The notes: generated from the sequence alone by a model not told the origin. 64,000 nt of DNA from SAR86 cluster bacterium (GCA_003331635.1 QOPH01000003.1:67145-131144); one strand, 5' to 3'. Positions 9,346-18,241 are shown, counted from the stretch's first letter. Program-made: numbers and translations.

Positions 9346-9485
9346 AGAAAGAAAATCTTCCCACAAAAGTTTGTCCAATTTGTAAAAAGGATTTTTCTTG
9401 GAGAAAAAAATGGAGCAGAGACTGGGAAAATGTGATTTACTGTAGTGAGCGTTGTAGAAGGTCAAAAAATGAGCTTAAAAAATAA
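9342..9485 (+). CDS. DUF2256-like small four-cysteine (zinc-ribbon-like) protein; not in the ORF track
   Basis: 47 codons from TTG at 9342, which overlaps the upstream TGA as tTTGA. Translation [46 protein letters not shown] carries the CxxC...WRKKW...W..V.YCS.RCR pattern I recall for DUF2256. Confidence 0.6.
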   Translation: MKKENLPTKVCPICKKDFSWRKKWSRDWENVIYCSERCRRSKNELKK

Positions 9486-10983
9486 CTTTTTTTACCTGGT
9501 ATTATTTACTGCATATATTCCACTACTATTTCTTGGCATAACTGATCTTGATGAAGGGGCTTTTAGTTCTACCTCCTTACAGATGCTCCGAGAAAAGCAA
9601 TTTCTTATTCCTTACCTTGGAGATGAACTTAGATTAGAAAAACCAATTTTGACATATATTTTTCAATGCATTTCTATTTTTGTATTTGGTATATCTGAGT
9701 TTTCATTGAGGTTGCCTTCTATGGTTGCAACTTTTATCTGGGGCTTTGTCTTTTCTAAATTTATTTTTAGTTTTAATAATGATTTTAAAATAACATCAGT
9801 TTTAAATATCTTTCTATTACTTCCTGGAATATTTCTTATGAGTTCAGTAGCAACAGCTGATGCTTTTTTGAACCTTTTTATAACCTTAGCAATGATAAAT
9901 ATTTACCGTTTTTGTGAAAATGAGAATAAAGAGGAATTAATAAGATGTTCTGTTTGGATTGGATTAGGTTTTCTTACCAAAGGTTTAACAATTATTGCCA
10001 TTTGTGGAGCTGTATTTGTAATTTTTTCAATAATTACAAAAAAATTTAATACATTTTTAGGTGCAATTTTAAGCATCAAGCCTTGGCTTATTTTTTTAAC
10101 AATTACATTGCCATGGCTTTCTTATGTGTATCTAAAAATCGGTCTTGAGCCATTAAGTTATATGTTCCTTGGTCAATCTTTTGGGAGGTATACAACAGCT
10201 TTCGAAAGTCATGATGGAATGTTTTATTATTACTTTTTAGTTTTGCCATTCGTGACACTTACTTTTTTCCCTGATTTCGTAAGGTCTTTATTTAAACTAA
10301 ATTTCAAAGATAATTTAGAAAAGTTTCTTTTCACTTGGTTAGCTTTTGTTTTTATCTTTTTTTCCTTTTCTACTACAAAGTTGCCACATTATTTAATCTA
10401 TGGTTTGGTCCCTATTGTATTTTTTCTACAAAAAATTTTTTTAATTGATCAGGAAAGAGCACCAACTATCTTAGAAAACATATATCAATTATTGATATGG
10501 CTCATGATCCTGTGTATTCCATACGCTCTTAGTTCATTTCTACCACAAAATAATTTTGATATTTCACTAAGTGTTTTTGAAGATATATTTAATGAAAACT
10601 TATATTTATTAATAGTTAGCTTAATAATTTTATTTCTAGTTTTATTTATAATTTCACGTGTTGAAGTTAATTTTTTGAAAAAGATTTCTGCTTCTTTTTT
10701 TCTTCTAATTCTTTCAGTTCAAATTCTCCCTTTGATTATTGATTTGCAACAAAAAGACTTAAGAGAACTTGGAAAAAAATATGCAAATACAAATGAAAAA
10801 ATTCTAGCTTATAAAATTAACAAACCAAGCTTTTCCTTTTATGCAAATGTTAACTATTACAGAGGATTAGAGCCAAATGCAATTATTCTTACAAGAGTAG
10901 ATAAATTGAAATTTTTGGAAAATGAATATGAAATCCTTGATACCCAAGGAAATTATCTTTTAATTAAAATTACGGATGAGTAA
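9469..10983 (+). CDS. ArnT/PMT-like GT-C glycosyltransferase (polyprenyl-phosphate-sugar dependent)
   Basis: About 504 aa from ATG 9469; the ORF-track start at 9445 is a GTG extension. Polytopic. An early periplasmic loop [12 protein letters not shown]...LEKPILTY resembles the ArnT/PMT_2 DE...EKPPL signature. Confidence 0.65.
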   Translation: MSLKNNFFYLVLFTAYIPLLFLGITDLDEGAFSSTSLQMLREKQFLIPYLGDELRLEKPILTYIFQCISIFVFGISEFSLRLPSMVATFIWGFVFSKFIFSFNNDFKITSVLNIFLLLPGIFLMSSVATADAFLNLFITLAMINIYRFCENENKEELIRCSVWIGLGFLTKGLTIIAICGAVFVIFSIITKKFNTFLGAILSIKPWLIFLTITLPWLSYVYLKIGLEPLSYMFLGQSFGRYTTAFESHDGMFYYYFLVLPFVTLTFFPDFVRSLFKLNFKDNLEKFLFTWLAFVFIFFSFSTTKLPHYLIYGLVPIVFFLQKIFLIDQERAPTILENIYQLLIWLMILCIPYALSSFLPQNNFDISLSVFEDIFNENLYLLIVSLIILFLVLFIISRVEVNFLKKISASFFLLILSVQILPLIIDLQQKDLRELGKKYANTNEKILAYKINKPSFSFYANVNYYRGLEPNAIILTRVDKLKFLENEYEILDTQGNYLLIKITDE

Positions 10984-11680
10984 ATTACATACATTTATTG
11001 CAGGAATAATAATTTTCTGTTTAAGCCTTATACTTAAAATTTTTCAAGATTTAGAATCAAAAATTGTAATTTTTTTCAATCAATTTCTTTTTGATTCAAA
11101 TTTCTTTTCCTTTTTAACTGAGATAGGAAACGGTTTTTTTGCAACAGCATTTTTGGTTCCTTGTCTTTCACTTTTATCTGCAAAGTTAAAGATCAACTAT
11201 GTGCCTGTTCAGCTTATGATTGTGCCTGCTCTTTGTATTGGTTTAGATGTTCAATTTTTGAAATATATTTTATCTTTTGAAAGACCTGCAAGCACACTGG
11301 CTGATGAGATAATTTTTCTTGAACCAATTTTCATAGCTGGAAGTTTTCCAAGCGGACATGCAGCGACTGTTTTGTCCGTTATTTTAATTTGGTTATCATT
11401 TGCTTTCAAAGATTTAAAATCAAAAGAAAGCAAAATTATTTTTTCTTTTTTTATTTTAATAGCACTCTCCGTGGCATTAAGTAGAGTTATAATCGGTGCT
11501 CACTGGTTCTCCGATGTTCTTGGAAGTTTAGCTTTAGTGCTAATGGCCATTGCAATTTTCAAAATAAATTTTATTAAAGCGTTTATTGAGAAATCAATTT
11601 TTTTTAAATACTTTTCATTTGGGCTCATTGGTCTATCATGGGTCGGTATATTATTTTTTGATATTTCTGATTATTTATAA
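10976..11680 (+). CDS. PAP2-family membrane phosphatase with canonical motifs
   Basis: 234 aa. C1 KYILSFERP, C2 PSGH, C3 SRVIIGAHWFSDV. Overlaps the upstream gene by 8 nt. Confidence 0.8.
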   Translation: MSKLHTFIAGIIIFCLSLILKIFQDLESKIVIFFNQFLFDSNFFSFLTEIGNGFFATAFLVPCLSLLSAKLKINYVPVQLMIVPALCIGLDVQFLKYILSFERPASTLADEIIFLEPIFIAGSFPSGHAATVLSVILIWLSFAFKDLKSKESKIIFSFFILIALSVALSRVIIGAHWFSDVLGSLALVLMAIAIFKINFIKAFIEKSIFFKYFSFGLIGLSWVGILFFDISDYL

Positions 11681-12222
11681 TGAATTCAGATATTCTCTTT
11701 ACTTTATGGCTAAGTGATTACAAATCTTTTGAATTATTTTTTCAAATTATATCTACAAGATTATTTTCATTTACCTTGTTATTTTTATTCTCAATTTATT
11801 TTTTTTTAAAAAAAAAGTTTTGGGTTTTTGTTTTCATCATTTTTGCTATTTTAATAGGTGATTTTCTGGGAGCTTTGTTAAAAGAAATACTATCAGAGGA
11901 AAGGCCTTGTTTCGGCGTTAATGGAGAATTTCTTATTAGTGAAGGCATTTTAGAAAGTCTTTGTGGAGACAAGAAAACAGGCATGCCTTCAAATCATGCT
12001 TTGAATTTTTTCTTATTTACAAGCTTATTCTTTTTAATAGAGAGAAATCTGTTAATAACTTCTATTTTAATTTTAATATCAATTTTGGTAGGCCTTTCAA
12101 GAGTATTTCTGATAAAACATTTTCTTAGCCAAGTTATAATAGGCACAGCCCTTGGATTAATTTTTGGCATATTATTTTATGAAATTTACAAAAGGATAAT
12201 AAAGAAGTGGACGTTTCAATAA
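11680..12222 (+). CDS. PAP2-family membrane protein with a divergent active site
   Basis: 180 aa. C1 KEILSEERP is intact. C2 is PSNH instead of PSGH. C3 is SRVFLIKHFLSQV, so His is kept but the terminal Asp is replaced by Gln. Confidence 0.6.
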   Translation: MNSDILFTLWLSDYKSFELFFQIISTRLFSFTLLFLFSIYFFLKKKFWVFVFIIFAILIGDFLGALLKEILSEERPCFGVNGEFLISEGILESLCGDKKTGMPSNHALNFFLFTSLFFLIERNLLITSILILISILVGLSRVFLIKHFLSQVIIGTALGLIFGILFYEIYKRIIKKWTFQ

Positions 12223-13157
12223 TATCACCTGTATTTAACGAAAAAGAGAATCTTGAACCATTTATAAAACAAGTCAGTAATGTATTAAGTCAAGAATTAT
12301 GGACTTGGGAATTAATATTAGTAGATGATGGTAGTGATGATGGCTCATTTGATTTATTACAAAAACTCTCTAAATCACAAAAAAATTTAAGAATTATATC
12401 TTTATCGAAAAACTTTGGACAAACATCAGCAATACAGGCTGGTTTCGACAATGCTTCAGGAGAATATTTTGTGACGCTTGATAGCGATCTTCAAAATGAT
12501 CCAAAAGATATTCCAAAATTGCTTCATAAATTAATTTATGAAGATTTAGATCTAGTTGTTGGATGGAGAAAAGACAGAAAAGATAATTTTTTATTTAGGA
12601 ATCTACCATCTTACATAGCAAATAAGCTAATCGGAGCCATAACTGGTGTAAAGCTCAATGATTATGGGTGTAGTCTTAAAGCCTACAATGCAAAAATTTT
12701 GCGAGAGGTTAAGCTTTACGGTGAAATGCATAGATTTATTCCAGCATGGATGGCAACAAAAGTTTCTGCCAAAAAAATTGATCAATTAGTAGTTGACCAT
12801 CATCCAAGGATTGCGGGAGAATCAAAATATGGGATTTCTAGGACTTTTAGAGTTTTTTTAGATCTTATTTCTGTTTATTTCTTTATGAGATTTTTCAGTA
12901 GACCAGGTCATTTTTTTGGCTTTCTTGGTTTGTTGATGACTTTTGTAGGTGTTGCTATTCTTAGTTATTTAATCTTTATTAAATTTGTTTATTCTATGGA
13001 CATAGGCGATAGACCTCTTCTAATTGCTGGAACAATTTTTACGGTTGTTGGTGTTCAGTTTATAAGCTTGGGAGTGATAGGTGAGATTTTAAGTAGAACT
13101 TATTATGCTTCAAGCAAAGAAAAATCCTATTTGGTCAAATGGGATTCAAAGGATTAA
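12207..13157 (+). CDS. GT2 polyprenyl-phosphate glycosyltransferase (ArnC/GtrB/DPM1-like)
   Basis: 316 aa with a GTG start. Motifs: SIISPVFNEKENL, LVDDGSDDGS, LDSDLQNDP. Two C-terminal TM helices, as in ArnC/GtrB. Confidence 0.8.
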   Translation: MDVSIISPVFNEKENLEPFIKQVSNVLSQELWTWELILVDDGSDDGSFDLLQKLSKSQKNLRIISLSKNFGQTSAIQAGFDNASGEYFVTLDSDLQNDPKDIPKLLHKLIYEDLDLVVGWRKDRKDNFLFRNLPSYIANKLIGAITGVKLNDYGCSLKAYNAKILREVKLYGEMHRFIPAWMATKVSAKKIDQLVVDHHPRIAGESKYGISRTFRVFLDLISVYFFMRFFSRPGHFFGFLGLLMTFVGVAILSYLIFIKFVYSMDIGDRPLLIAGTIFTVVGVQFISLGVIGEILSRTYYASSKEKSYLVKWDSKD

Positions 13158-13159
13158 CC

Positions 13160-14881
13160 TTAAAAATCAGATTTTGTTAAATCTGAATTTAAAGCATAGT
13201 TAAAACCAGTTTTAGTCTTGATATTTCTTTTGGAAATTTCCAAGTCAGCAAGATTGAGGACATCTTTGTCAAATTCGTAAATTGGTTCAATGTCGCTATT
13301 AACTGCTAGCTCAAAATTTTTCTCTCTTAATTTTAAAGTAGCTTCTCGTTTCTTTTTCCATGCTTTCAGTTCTTTATCTGTGAACCTTCTTTGAAGAAGT
13401 TCTTCTGTAAGTTTTGAAGATATTAGAGCAGAAGTTGCATTATTTCCTCCGAAGCCCTTTGAATTTAAGAAGGCGATATCTTTTTGAGAGTTAAATTCTT
13501 TATTTTCCAGAAAAAAGTCTAGATTATCCTTAAAAACATCATCAGCAAGTTTTGGTATCGTGCAAATTCCTGTTAGTTTTTGACTTTCCAGGGCTCCTAA
13601 ACCGCACCAAATTTGATCCATGCCAGCAGTCCCTATGGTATGTCCTAATTTAGATTTTACGGATGTAACTGGTAAATTTTCGATTCCAAATTCTTGTGCA
13701 AATGTTGAAATAATATGAGATTCAGTAATTCTATTTAAAGGAGTTCCCGTTCCATGAGCAAGAAAACAACTTTTTTCTTGAAGAGCCTTTGCTCCAAATA
13801 CAGTTTCGATATCTTTGAATGTTTTGCCTACTGAAAAATAATTTCCTGCACCAGGACCGGAAATAGATTTTTTATTTCCATCAGCATTAATATTTACATT
13901 TAAAAAGCATCCTCTGATATTTGCACCTACTTCTAAAGCAAGTCTATCACTCATAAGAATAGCGAAACCCGCAGATTCACCACAAACCATACCCATGTTA
14001 TCGCCAAATGGTCTACAAAATTTTGTGTAATCTAGAACATCTCCTTCACCAAGTAATTGCTGTAAATTAGTCATTCTCTCATCAGTTGCCATAGCTCCCA
14101 TTGCACTAAAACCAATATAAGCAGGTGGGCCTAAAATCGCTTCAGCTGCGCCCACAATAACCAATTCACTCTTTCCACTCTTAATGAGTTCAACACCTGC
14201 ATTAAGGTTATAAAGAGAAGTTGCACATGCACCAATAAAATGTCCGGTAATTCCTAAACTTCCAGTAACGTAAGCATTTATAAAATCTGCAGTCATTTCA
14301 GGAAGAGTAAAAGAAATGTGTTTAGATGAAGCTCTTTTACCCATTGGATAAGATGCAAAAAGACCATCACCTGAATATCTGTCCATATTCATCACAGCGC
14401 ATCCAGCAAAGCATCCAACCTTATCTCTCCCATAAGTATCAATTTCCTTTCGTAAATCGAAACCAGCATCTGACATTGCATCAGTAAAACCAACAATAGA
14501 CATTCCTAGAGCTTTTGGATGTTGTCTTGAAGCATAATGAGTAACAGGATCTAATCTAAATGGTAATTGTCCACATGCATTTGCAGGCATCTCATAGTCA
14601 TAACTCCAAAAAGTATTCCGAAAAAACTCATAGTCTAATTTTCTCATCAAGGTATTTTCTAAAACTTCATTCTCTTTACTAAGGATTAGCTGTTCAATTT
14701 CTGTAGCCTCTGTTGTCTCATCAATTAAACCGCATAAGGTTAATACTGACTTTAAATAGTTAAATTTATTCTGATCCGATTCAAGATCATAGATCATTCT
14801 TGAATAACTCAGGTTATGAGAGCCTCTGCCTGCAGGTGTAAGGCCTCCAAAACCAACTAAACACGGGATGGGCTTAGCCAT
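13160..14881 (-). CDS. fabY: FabY-class beta-ketoacyl-ACP synthase (long KAS I/II-type condensing enzyme)
   Basis: 573 aa, about 160 aa longer than FabB/FabF. Motifs: LVGFGGLTPAGRGS, TADFINAYVTGSLGITGHFIGACATSLYN (active-site Cys), HGTGTPLN, KSKLGHTIGTAG, SKGFGGNN. These segments resemble P. aeruginosa PA5174 as I recall it. Confidence 0.65.
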   Translation of the reverse strand: MAKPIPCLVGFGGLTPAGRGSHNLSYSRMIYDLESDQNKFNYLKSVLTLCGLIDETTEATEIEQLILSKENEVLENTLMRKLDYEFFRNTFWSYDYEMPANACGQLPFRLDPVTHYASRQHPKALGMSIVGFTDAMSDAGFDLRKEIDTYGRDKVGCFAGCAVMNMDRYSGDGLFASYPMGKRASSKHISFTLPEMTADFINAYVTGSLGITGHFIGACATSLYNLNAGVELIKSGKSELVIVGAAEAILGPPAYIGFSAMGAMATDERMTNLQQLLGEGDVLDYTKFCRPFGDNMGMVCGESAGFAILMSDRLALEVGANIRGCFLNVNINADGNKKSISGPGAGNYFSVGKTFKDIETVFGAKALQEKSCFLAHGTGTPLNRITESHIISTFAQEFGIENLPVTSVKSKLGHTIGTAGMDQIWCGLGALESQKLTGICTIPKLADDVFKDNLDFFLENKEFNSQKDIAFLNSKGFGGNNATSALISSKLTEELLQRRFTDKELKAWKKKREATLKLREKNFELAVNSDIEPIYEFDKDVLNLADLEISKRNIKTKTGFNYALNSDLTKSDF

Positions 14882-15716
14882 TTATTCTTTTCTCCATTGA
14901 CTTTACGGTATTTAGAATAAGTGAATTAATTGTCATAGGTCCAACTCCACCTGGAACAGGAGTATAAGCAGAGACAATTTTTTCAATCCCTTCCATATCA
15001 ACATCTCCACAGTTTAGTTCAGGATGATATCCAGCATCAATTAAAATTGAGTCTTTCTTTAAATTACTAGCCTTGATAAATTTTGGCTTACCAACAGCAG
15101 CAACAATAATATCGCCCATTGATATCAATTCATTTAAATTCTTCGTTTTGGAATGAGCAGTCAATACAGTTGCATTTGAGTTTAATAACATTGCTGACAT
15201 CGGCTTACCTAAAATTTGACTTCTTCCCACCACAATTGCCAACTTTCCAGTGCAATCTACTTTATAAGCATCAAGGAGCCTCATAATTCCAAAAGGCGTG
15301 CATGAATGAAACGCCTCAATACCCATAGCCATATTGCCATAGCCTTGTGTATTCACCCCATCAACGTCTTTATCAAGCGTAATTTCATTGAAGCACTTTA
15401 TTTCATCAACTTGTTTGGGAACAGGATGCTGCAATAAAATTCCATCAACATTTGAATCTTTGTTTAACTCTCTTATAAGACCTAAAACATCTTCGGTAGA
15501 GGAAGATTCAGGAAGTTTAAAAGATTTTGATTCTAGACCCAGTCGATGACAAGTTTTTTCTTTCATAGAAACATAAGTTTCGGAGGCTTTATCATCTCCA
15601 ACAAGTATCGCTGCAAGAAATGGACTTCTACCCGCATGAGCTTTTAAGCTTTCAACCTTATTTTTGATTTCTAAATTGCTTTTTTCTGCAACTTTTTTTC
15701 CATCTAATATAATCAT
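14874..15716 (-). CDS. folD: bifunctional methylenetetrahydrofolate dehydrogenase/cyclohydrolase
   Basis: 280 aa. Motifs: ILVGDDKASETYV, GILLQHPVP, VVGRSQILGKP, TPVPGGVGPMT. Overlaps the fabY start by 8 nt. Confidence 0.92.
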   Translation of the reverse strand: MIILDGKKVAEKSNLEIKNKVESLKAHAGRSPFLAAILVGDDKASETYVSMKEKTCHRLGLESKSFKLPESSSTEDVLGLIRELNKDSNVDGILLQHPVPKQVDEIKCFNEITLDKDVDGVNTQGYGNMAMGIEAFHSCTPFGIMRLLDAYKVDCTGKLAIVVGRSQILGKPMSAMLLNSNATVLTAHSKTKNLNELISMGDIIVAAVGKPKFIKASNLKKDSILIDAGYHPELNCGDVDMEGIEKIVSAYTPVPGGVGPMTINSLILNTVKSMEKRING

Positions 15717-15772
15717 TTATCTGTTAAATATTTGCTTGAAGTTAGCAAACATAGTTTATATGATTTCCTTTT

Positions 15773-15849
15773 CGGGGCATAGCGCAGTCTGGTAGCGCAC
15801 CTGGTTTGGGACCAGGTGGTCGCAGGTTCAAATCCTGCTGCCCCGACCA
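15773..15849 (+). tRNA. tRNA-Pro (anticodon TGG)
   Basis: Acceptor CGGGGCA/TGCCCCG. Anticodon stem CCTGG/CCAGG, loop TTTGGGA. T-arm GCAGG-TTCAAAT-CCTGC. CCA encoded. Confidence 0.9.
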
Positions 15850-15897
15850 TTAACTAATCAATGTATTTGTAATAACATAAGTTTAACTAGGAATGCT

Positions 15898-17700
15898 TTG
15901 AAAAACATTATTTATATTTTAGGTGTTGCCATATTCGTTGCTGCTTGCGGCGGCGGTGGAGGAGGTGCACCAGCACCAGCACCAGCACCAGCACCCACAC
16001 CAGCACCCACACCAGCACCAACACCAGCACCAACACCGGCACCCACACCAGCACCAACACCGGCACCAACACCGGCACCCACACCAGCACCAACACCGGC
16101 ACCCACACCTGATACAGACCCCCTTTATCAGTATCAATGGCATTTAAAAAATACTGGACAAAATAATTTTGCAGTTTTAGAAGGTACAGCTGGAGAAGAC
16201 TTAAATGTAGAGACTGTCACTGATGGTGGAACAACTGGTCAAGGAGTATTGGTTGCGGTTATTGATGATGGATTAGAAATAGCTCATGAGGATTTAGTAG
16301 ATAACATTGTTACGGGTTCATATGATTTTTTAAATTCTGATGAAGATCCACTATATGAAAAAAATGACGGTTCTCATGGAAATGCTGTGGCTGGAATTAT
16401 TGCAGCAAAAGGCTTGAATGGTATTGGAGTAAGAGGAGTGGCATATGATGCCTCCCTTATTGGATATAATTATCTTGAGAATTCGACTTATGAAAATCAA
16501 ATTAAATCTTGGGGAACAGAACCACCAATACCAGTAAATGTAGACATTTATAATATGAGTTATGGCAGGGGTTACGGGGGAGAGGCAGAAAAATATACTT
16601 TTGCAGATTACCTGGAAGCTTCATTAGAGGATGCACTTATTTACGGTGTAGAGAACTTACGAGGAGGAAAGGGTGCAATATATGTTCAATCAGCAGGAAA
16701 TGGTTTTAATGATTATCCAGCTGAAAATTCTGGAGTAAACTGTGGCACAAAATTGACATGCACCTCTATTGCAATTGATGACAATCAAAGTGTTCCACAC
16801 ATAATTCAAGTTTCTTCATTAAATGCAAACGGTCTGAGATCCTCTTATTCAACTACAGGTCCATCAGTTTGGGTTGCGGGGTTTGGTGGAGAATACGGCA
16901 CAATGACACCTGCTGTAATGACAACAGATGATACAGGTTGTGAAAAAGGATATGTAGGAGGCTCAACTGGTAGTCCTGCAAATGCTTTTGAAAGCACAGA
17001 TGGACATCCTGAAAATCCAAATTGTAATTACACTTCAACATTTAATGGGACATCAGCAGCAGCCCCAACTGTTGCGGGCGTAATTGCATTGATGTTGGAA
17101 GCAAACCCGAACTTAACTTGGAGAGCTGTTAAACACATCCTCGCAACAACTTCCCAAAAAGTTGATCTCAATCAAACTTATACCCAACAAGATACTGTTC
17201 AATATCAGTGGACAACTAATGCTGCTGGGTATTCTCATCATCATTGGTATGGCTTCGGAAAAATAGATGGTGCTGCTGCCGTTTCTCTAGCTCAAACATT
17301 TAACTCTCAAGATTTAGGAAGTTTTTTTACAACTGATTACACTACTCCAGACGAGATATTCTCAATCCCTGATGAAGGTACAGTTACACAAACTATTTCT
17401 TTAACTAAACCTGAAAATGGTTCAGGAATAGTTGAGTTTGTAAGAGTTAGCTTTTCTTTTACTCACACAATTGCAAACTCGGTTGGAATAAGAGTTCAAT
17501 CGCCATCTGGAACATATATTCCAATTCTTCAACCGTATACAAATTTAGCTAGCAGCCCTTCAAACTATACTGTTGATATTGGGGCTGCAGGTTTTTATGG
17601 AGAAAATATGGAAGGGGTCTGGACAGTAGAGTTTCGGGACTATGTGGGTGATTCTACTTCTGGCACTGCAAAATGGGGAATAGAAGTTTATTCAAATTAG
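15898..17700 (+). CDS. kexin/furin-like S8 serine protease lipoprotein with a Pro-Ala-Thr linker and a C-terminal P-domain
   Basis: 600 aa with a TTG start. Lipobox VAAC followed by GGGGG and (PAPT)n. QWHLKNTGQ, catalytic Asp VAVIDDG, His HGNAVAG, Asn SAGNG, Ser GTSAAAP. The C-terminal P-domain pattern ends [10 protein letters not shown]...WGIEVYS. Confidence 0.85.
   Translation: MKNIIYILGVAIFVAACGGGGGGAPAPAPAPAPTPAPTPAPTPAPTPAPTPAPTPAPTPAPTPAPTPAPTPDTDPLYQYQWHLKNTGQNNFAVLEGTAGEDLNVETVTDGGTTGQGVLVAVIDDGLEIAHEDLVDNIVTGSYDFLNSDEDPLYEKNDGSHGNAVAGIIAAKGLNGIGVRGVAYDASLIGYNYLENSTYENQIKSWGTEPPIPVNVDIYNMSYGRGYGGEAEKYTFADYLEASLEDALIYGVENLRGGKGAIYVQSAGNGFNDYPAENSGVNCGTKLTCTSIAIDDNQSVPHIIQVSSLNANGLRSSYSTTGPSVWVAGFGGEYGTMTPAVMTTDDTGCEKGYVGGSTGSPANAFESTDGHPENPNCNYTSTFNGTSAAAPTVAGVIALMLEANPNLTWRAVKHILATTSQKVDLNQTYTQQDTVQYQWTTNAAGYSHHHWYGFGKIDGAAAVSLAQTFNSQDLGSFFTTDYTTPDEIFSIPDEGTVTQTISLTKPENGSGIVEFVRVSFSFTHTIANSVGIRVQSPSGTYIPILQPYTNLASSPSNYTVDIGAAGFYGENMEGVWTVEFRDYVGDSTSGTAKWGIEVYSN
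15967..16110 (+). repeat. in-frame 12-bp tandem repeat (CCNGCACCMACA, about 10 units after a CCAGCA run)
   Basis: Read directly from the sequence: ccagcacccaca / ccagcaccaaca / ccggcacccaca variants. It is GC-rich in an AT-rich context and generates four spurious ORFs in the six-frame track. Confidence 0.9.
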
Positions 17701-17701
17701 C

Positions 17702-18241
17702 ATGAAAATATTGTTTAAATTTATCACTTTAATTTTAATGATGGACTTATCTGCTGAACAAATTGATATTAAAAAAATATCAGAAAACCTTGAGAAGAGT
17801 AAAAATCGACCATCAATTGAAAGCAGATATAAGTTTTTTTATAACTCCATAGCATTGAATAATGCTCTTTTGCCAAACCCTTTACTGCTTGGAGTAAAAA
17901 GCATTGGTTCTTATGCGTATGAACTAGATAAATCTGTCCTAGAAGAATTTATTGATACGTCTTTTAAAGCAGAGAAGCTATATGTAGTTGAGGACTTTGA
18001 TCGTTCAATTAAATTTACTGATGGAAAGCTTATAATAAAGTTTTCAGAAAGTCAGAATTTAGCGGAATTTGCAAACAATAATTCTTTAGAATTAACTTCT
18101 AATTTTTCAGCTATCAATACTGGTGTTTTTAAGGTACAAGACTTTTCTCAGATAGAAAAAATAATCCTTAATTTACAAGCGCAAAAAAATATTAAGAAAA
18201 TTGAACTAAATACATTAAACCCAGACATACAAAAGAGATAG
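17702..18241 (+). CDS. secreted hypothetical protein; C-terminal half resembles a subtilase propeptide (I9-like) fold pattern
   Basis: 179 aa. The ATG lies 2 nt after the protease stop. Signal-like N-terminus. Segment KLIIKFSESQNLAEFANNNSLELTSNFSAINTGVFKV...IEKIILNLQAQKNIKKIELN follows the xIVKFk...g...v.kv...l..l...p.V.y.EpN pattern of subtilase prodomains. Confidence 0.4.
   Translation: MKILFKFITLILMMDLSAEQIDIKKISENLEKSKNRPSIESRYKFFYNSIALNNALLPNPLLLGVKSIGSYAYELDKSVLEEFIDTSFKAEKLYVVEDFDRSIKFTDGKLIIKFSESQNLAEFANNNSLELTSNFSAINTGVFKVQDFSQIEKIILNLQAQKNIKKIELNTLNPDIQKR

Noticed and set aside
9445-9468. Upstream start codons offered by the ORF track for several genes: 9445, 24319, 35318, 44841, 46451, 52187, 53193, 54366 and 59839.
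   Set aside because: In each case an internal ATG fits better. It coincides with a Shine-Dalgarno-like motif, with the beginning of a signal peptide or of family homology, or with a stop/start junction. The extensions overlap the upstream genes, so the features above use the internal starts.
13160-14881. The long ketosynthase as a fragment of a polyketide synthase or PUFA synthase.
   Set aside because: It is a single KS domain with no AT, KR, DH or ACP domains in the ORF or its neighbours. Its sequence blocks resemble the stand-alone FabY class instead.
15967-16110. Regular short repeats that might suggest a CRISPR array or a non-coding microsatellite.
   Set aside because: The units are contiguous 12-mers with no spacers. 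They are in frame and embedded between the lipobox and the catalytic domain of one continuous ORF.
15908-16147. Four ORFs in the track (64-74 aa, both strands) with monotonous VGAG / CWCR / HQHQ translations.
   Set aside because: They are alternative-frame readings of the 12-bp (PAPT)n tandem repeat inside the S8 protease gene. They are low-complexity artefacts, not genes.
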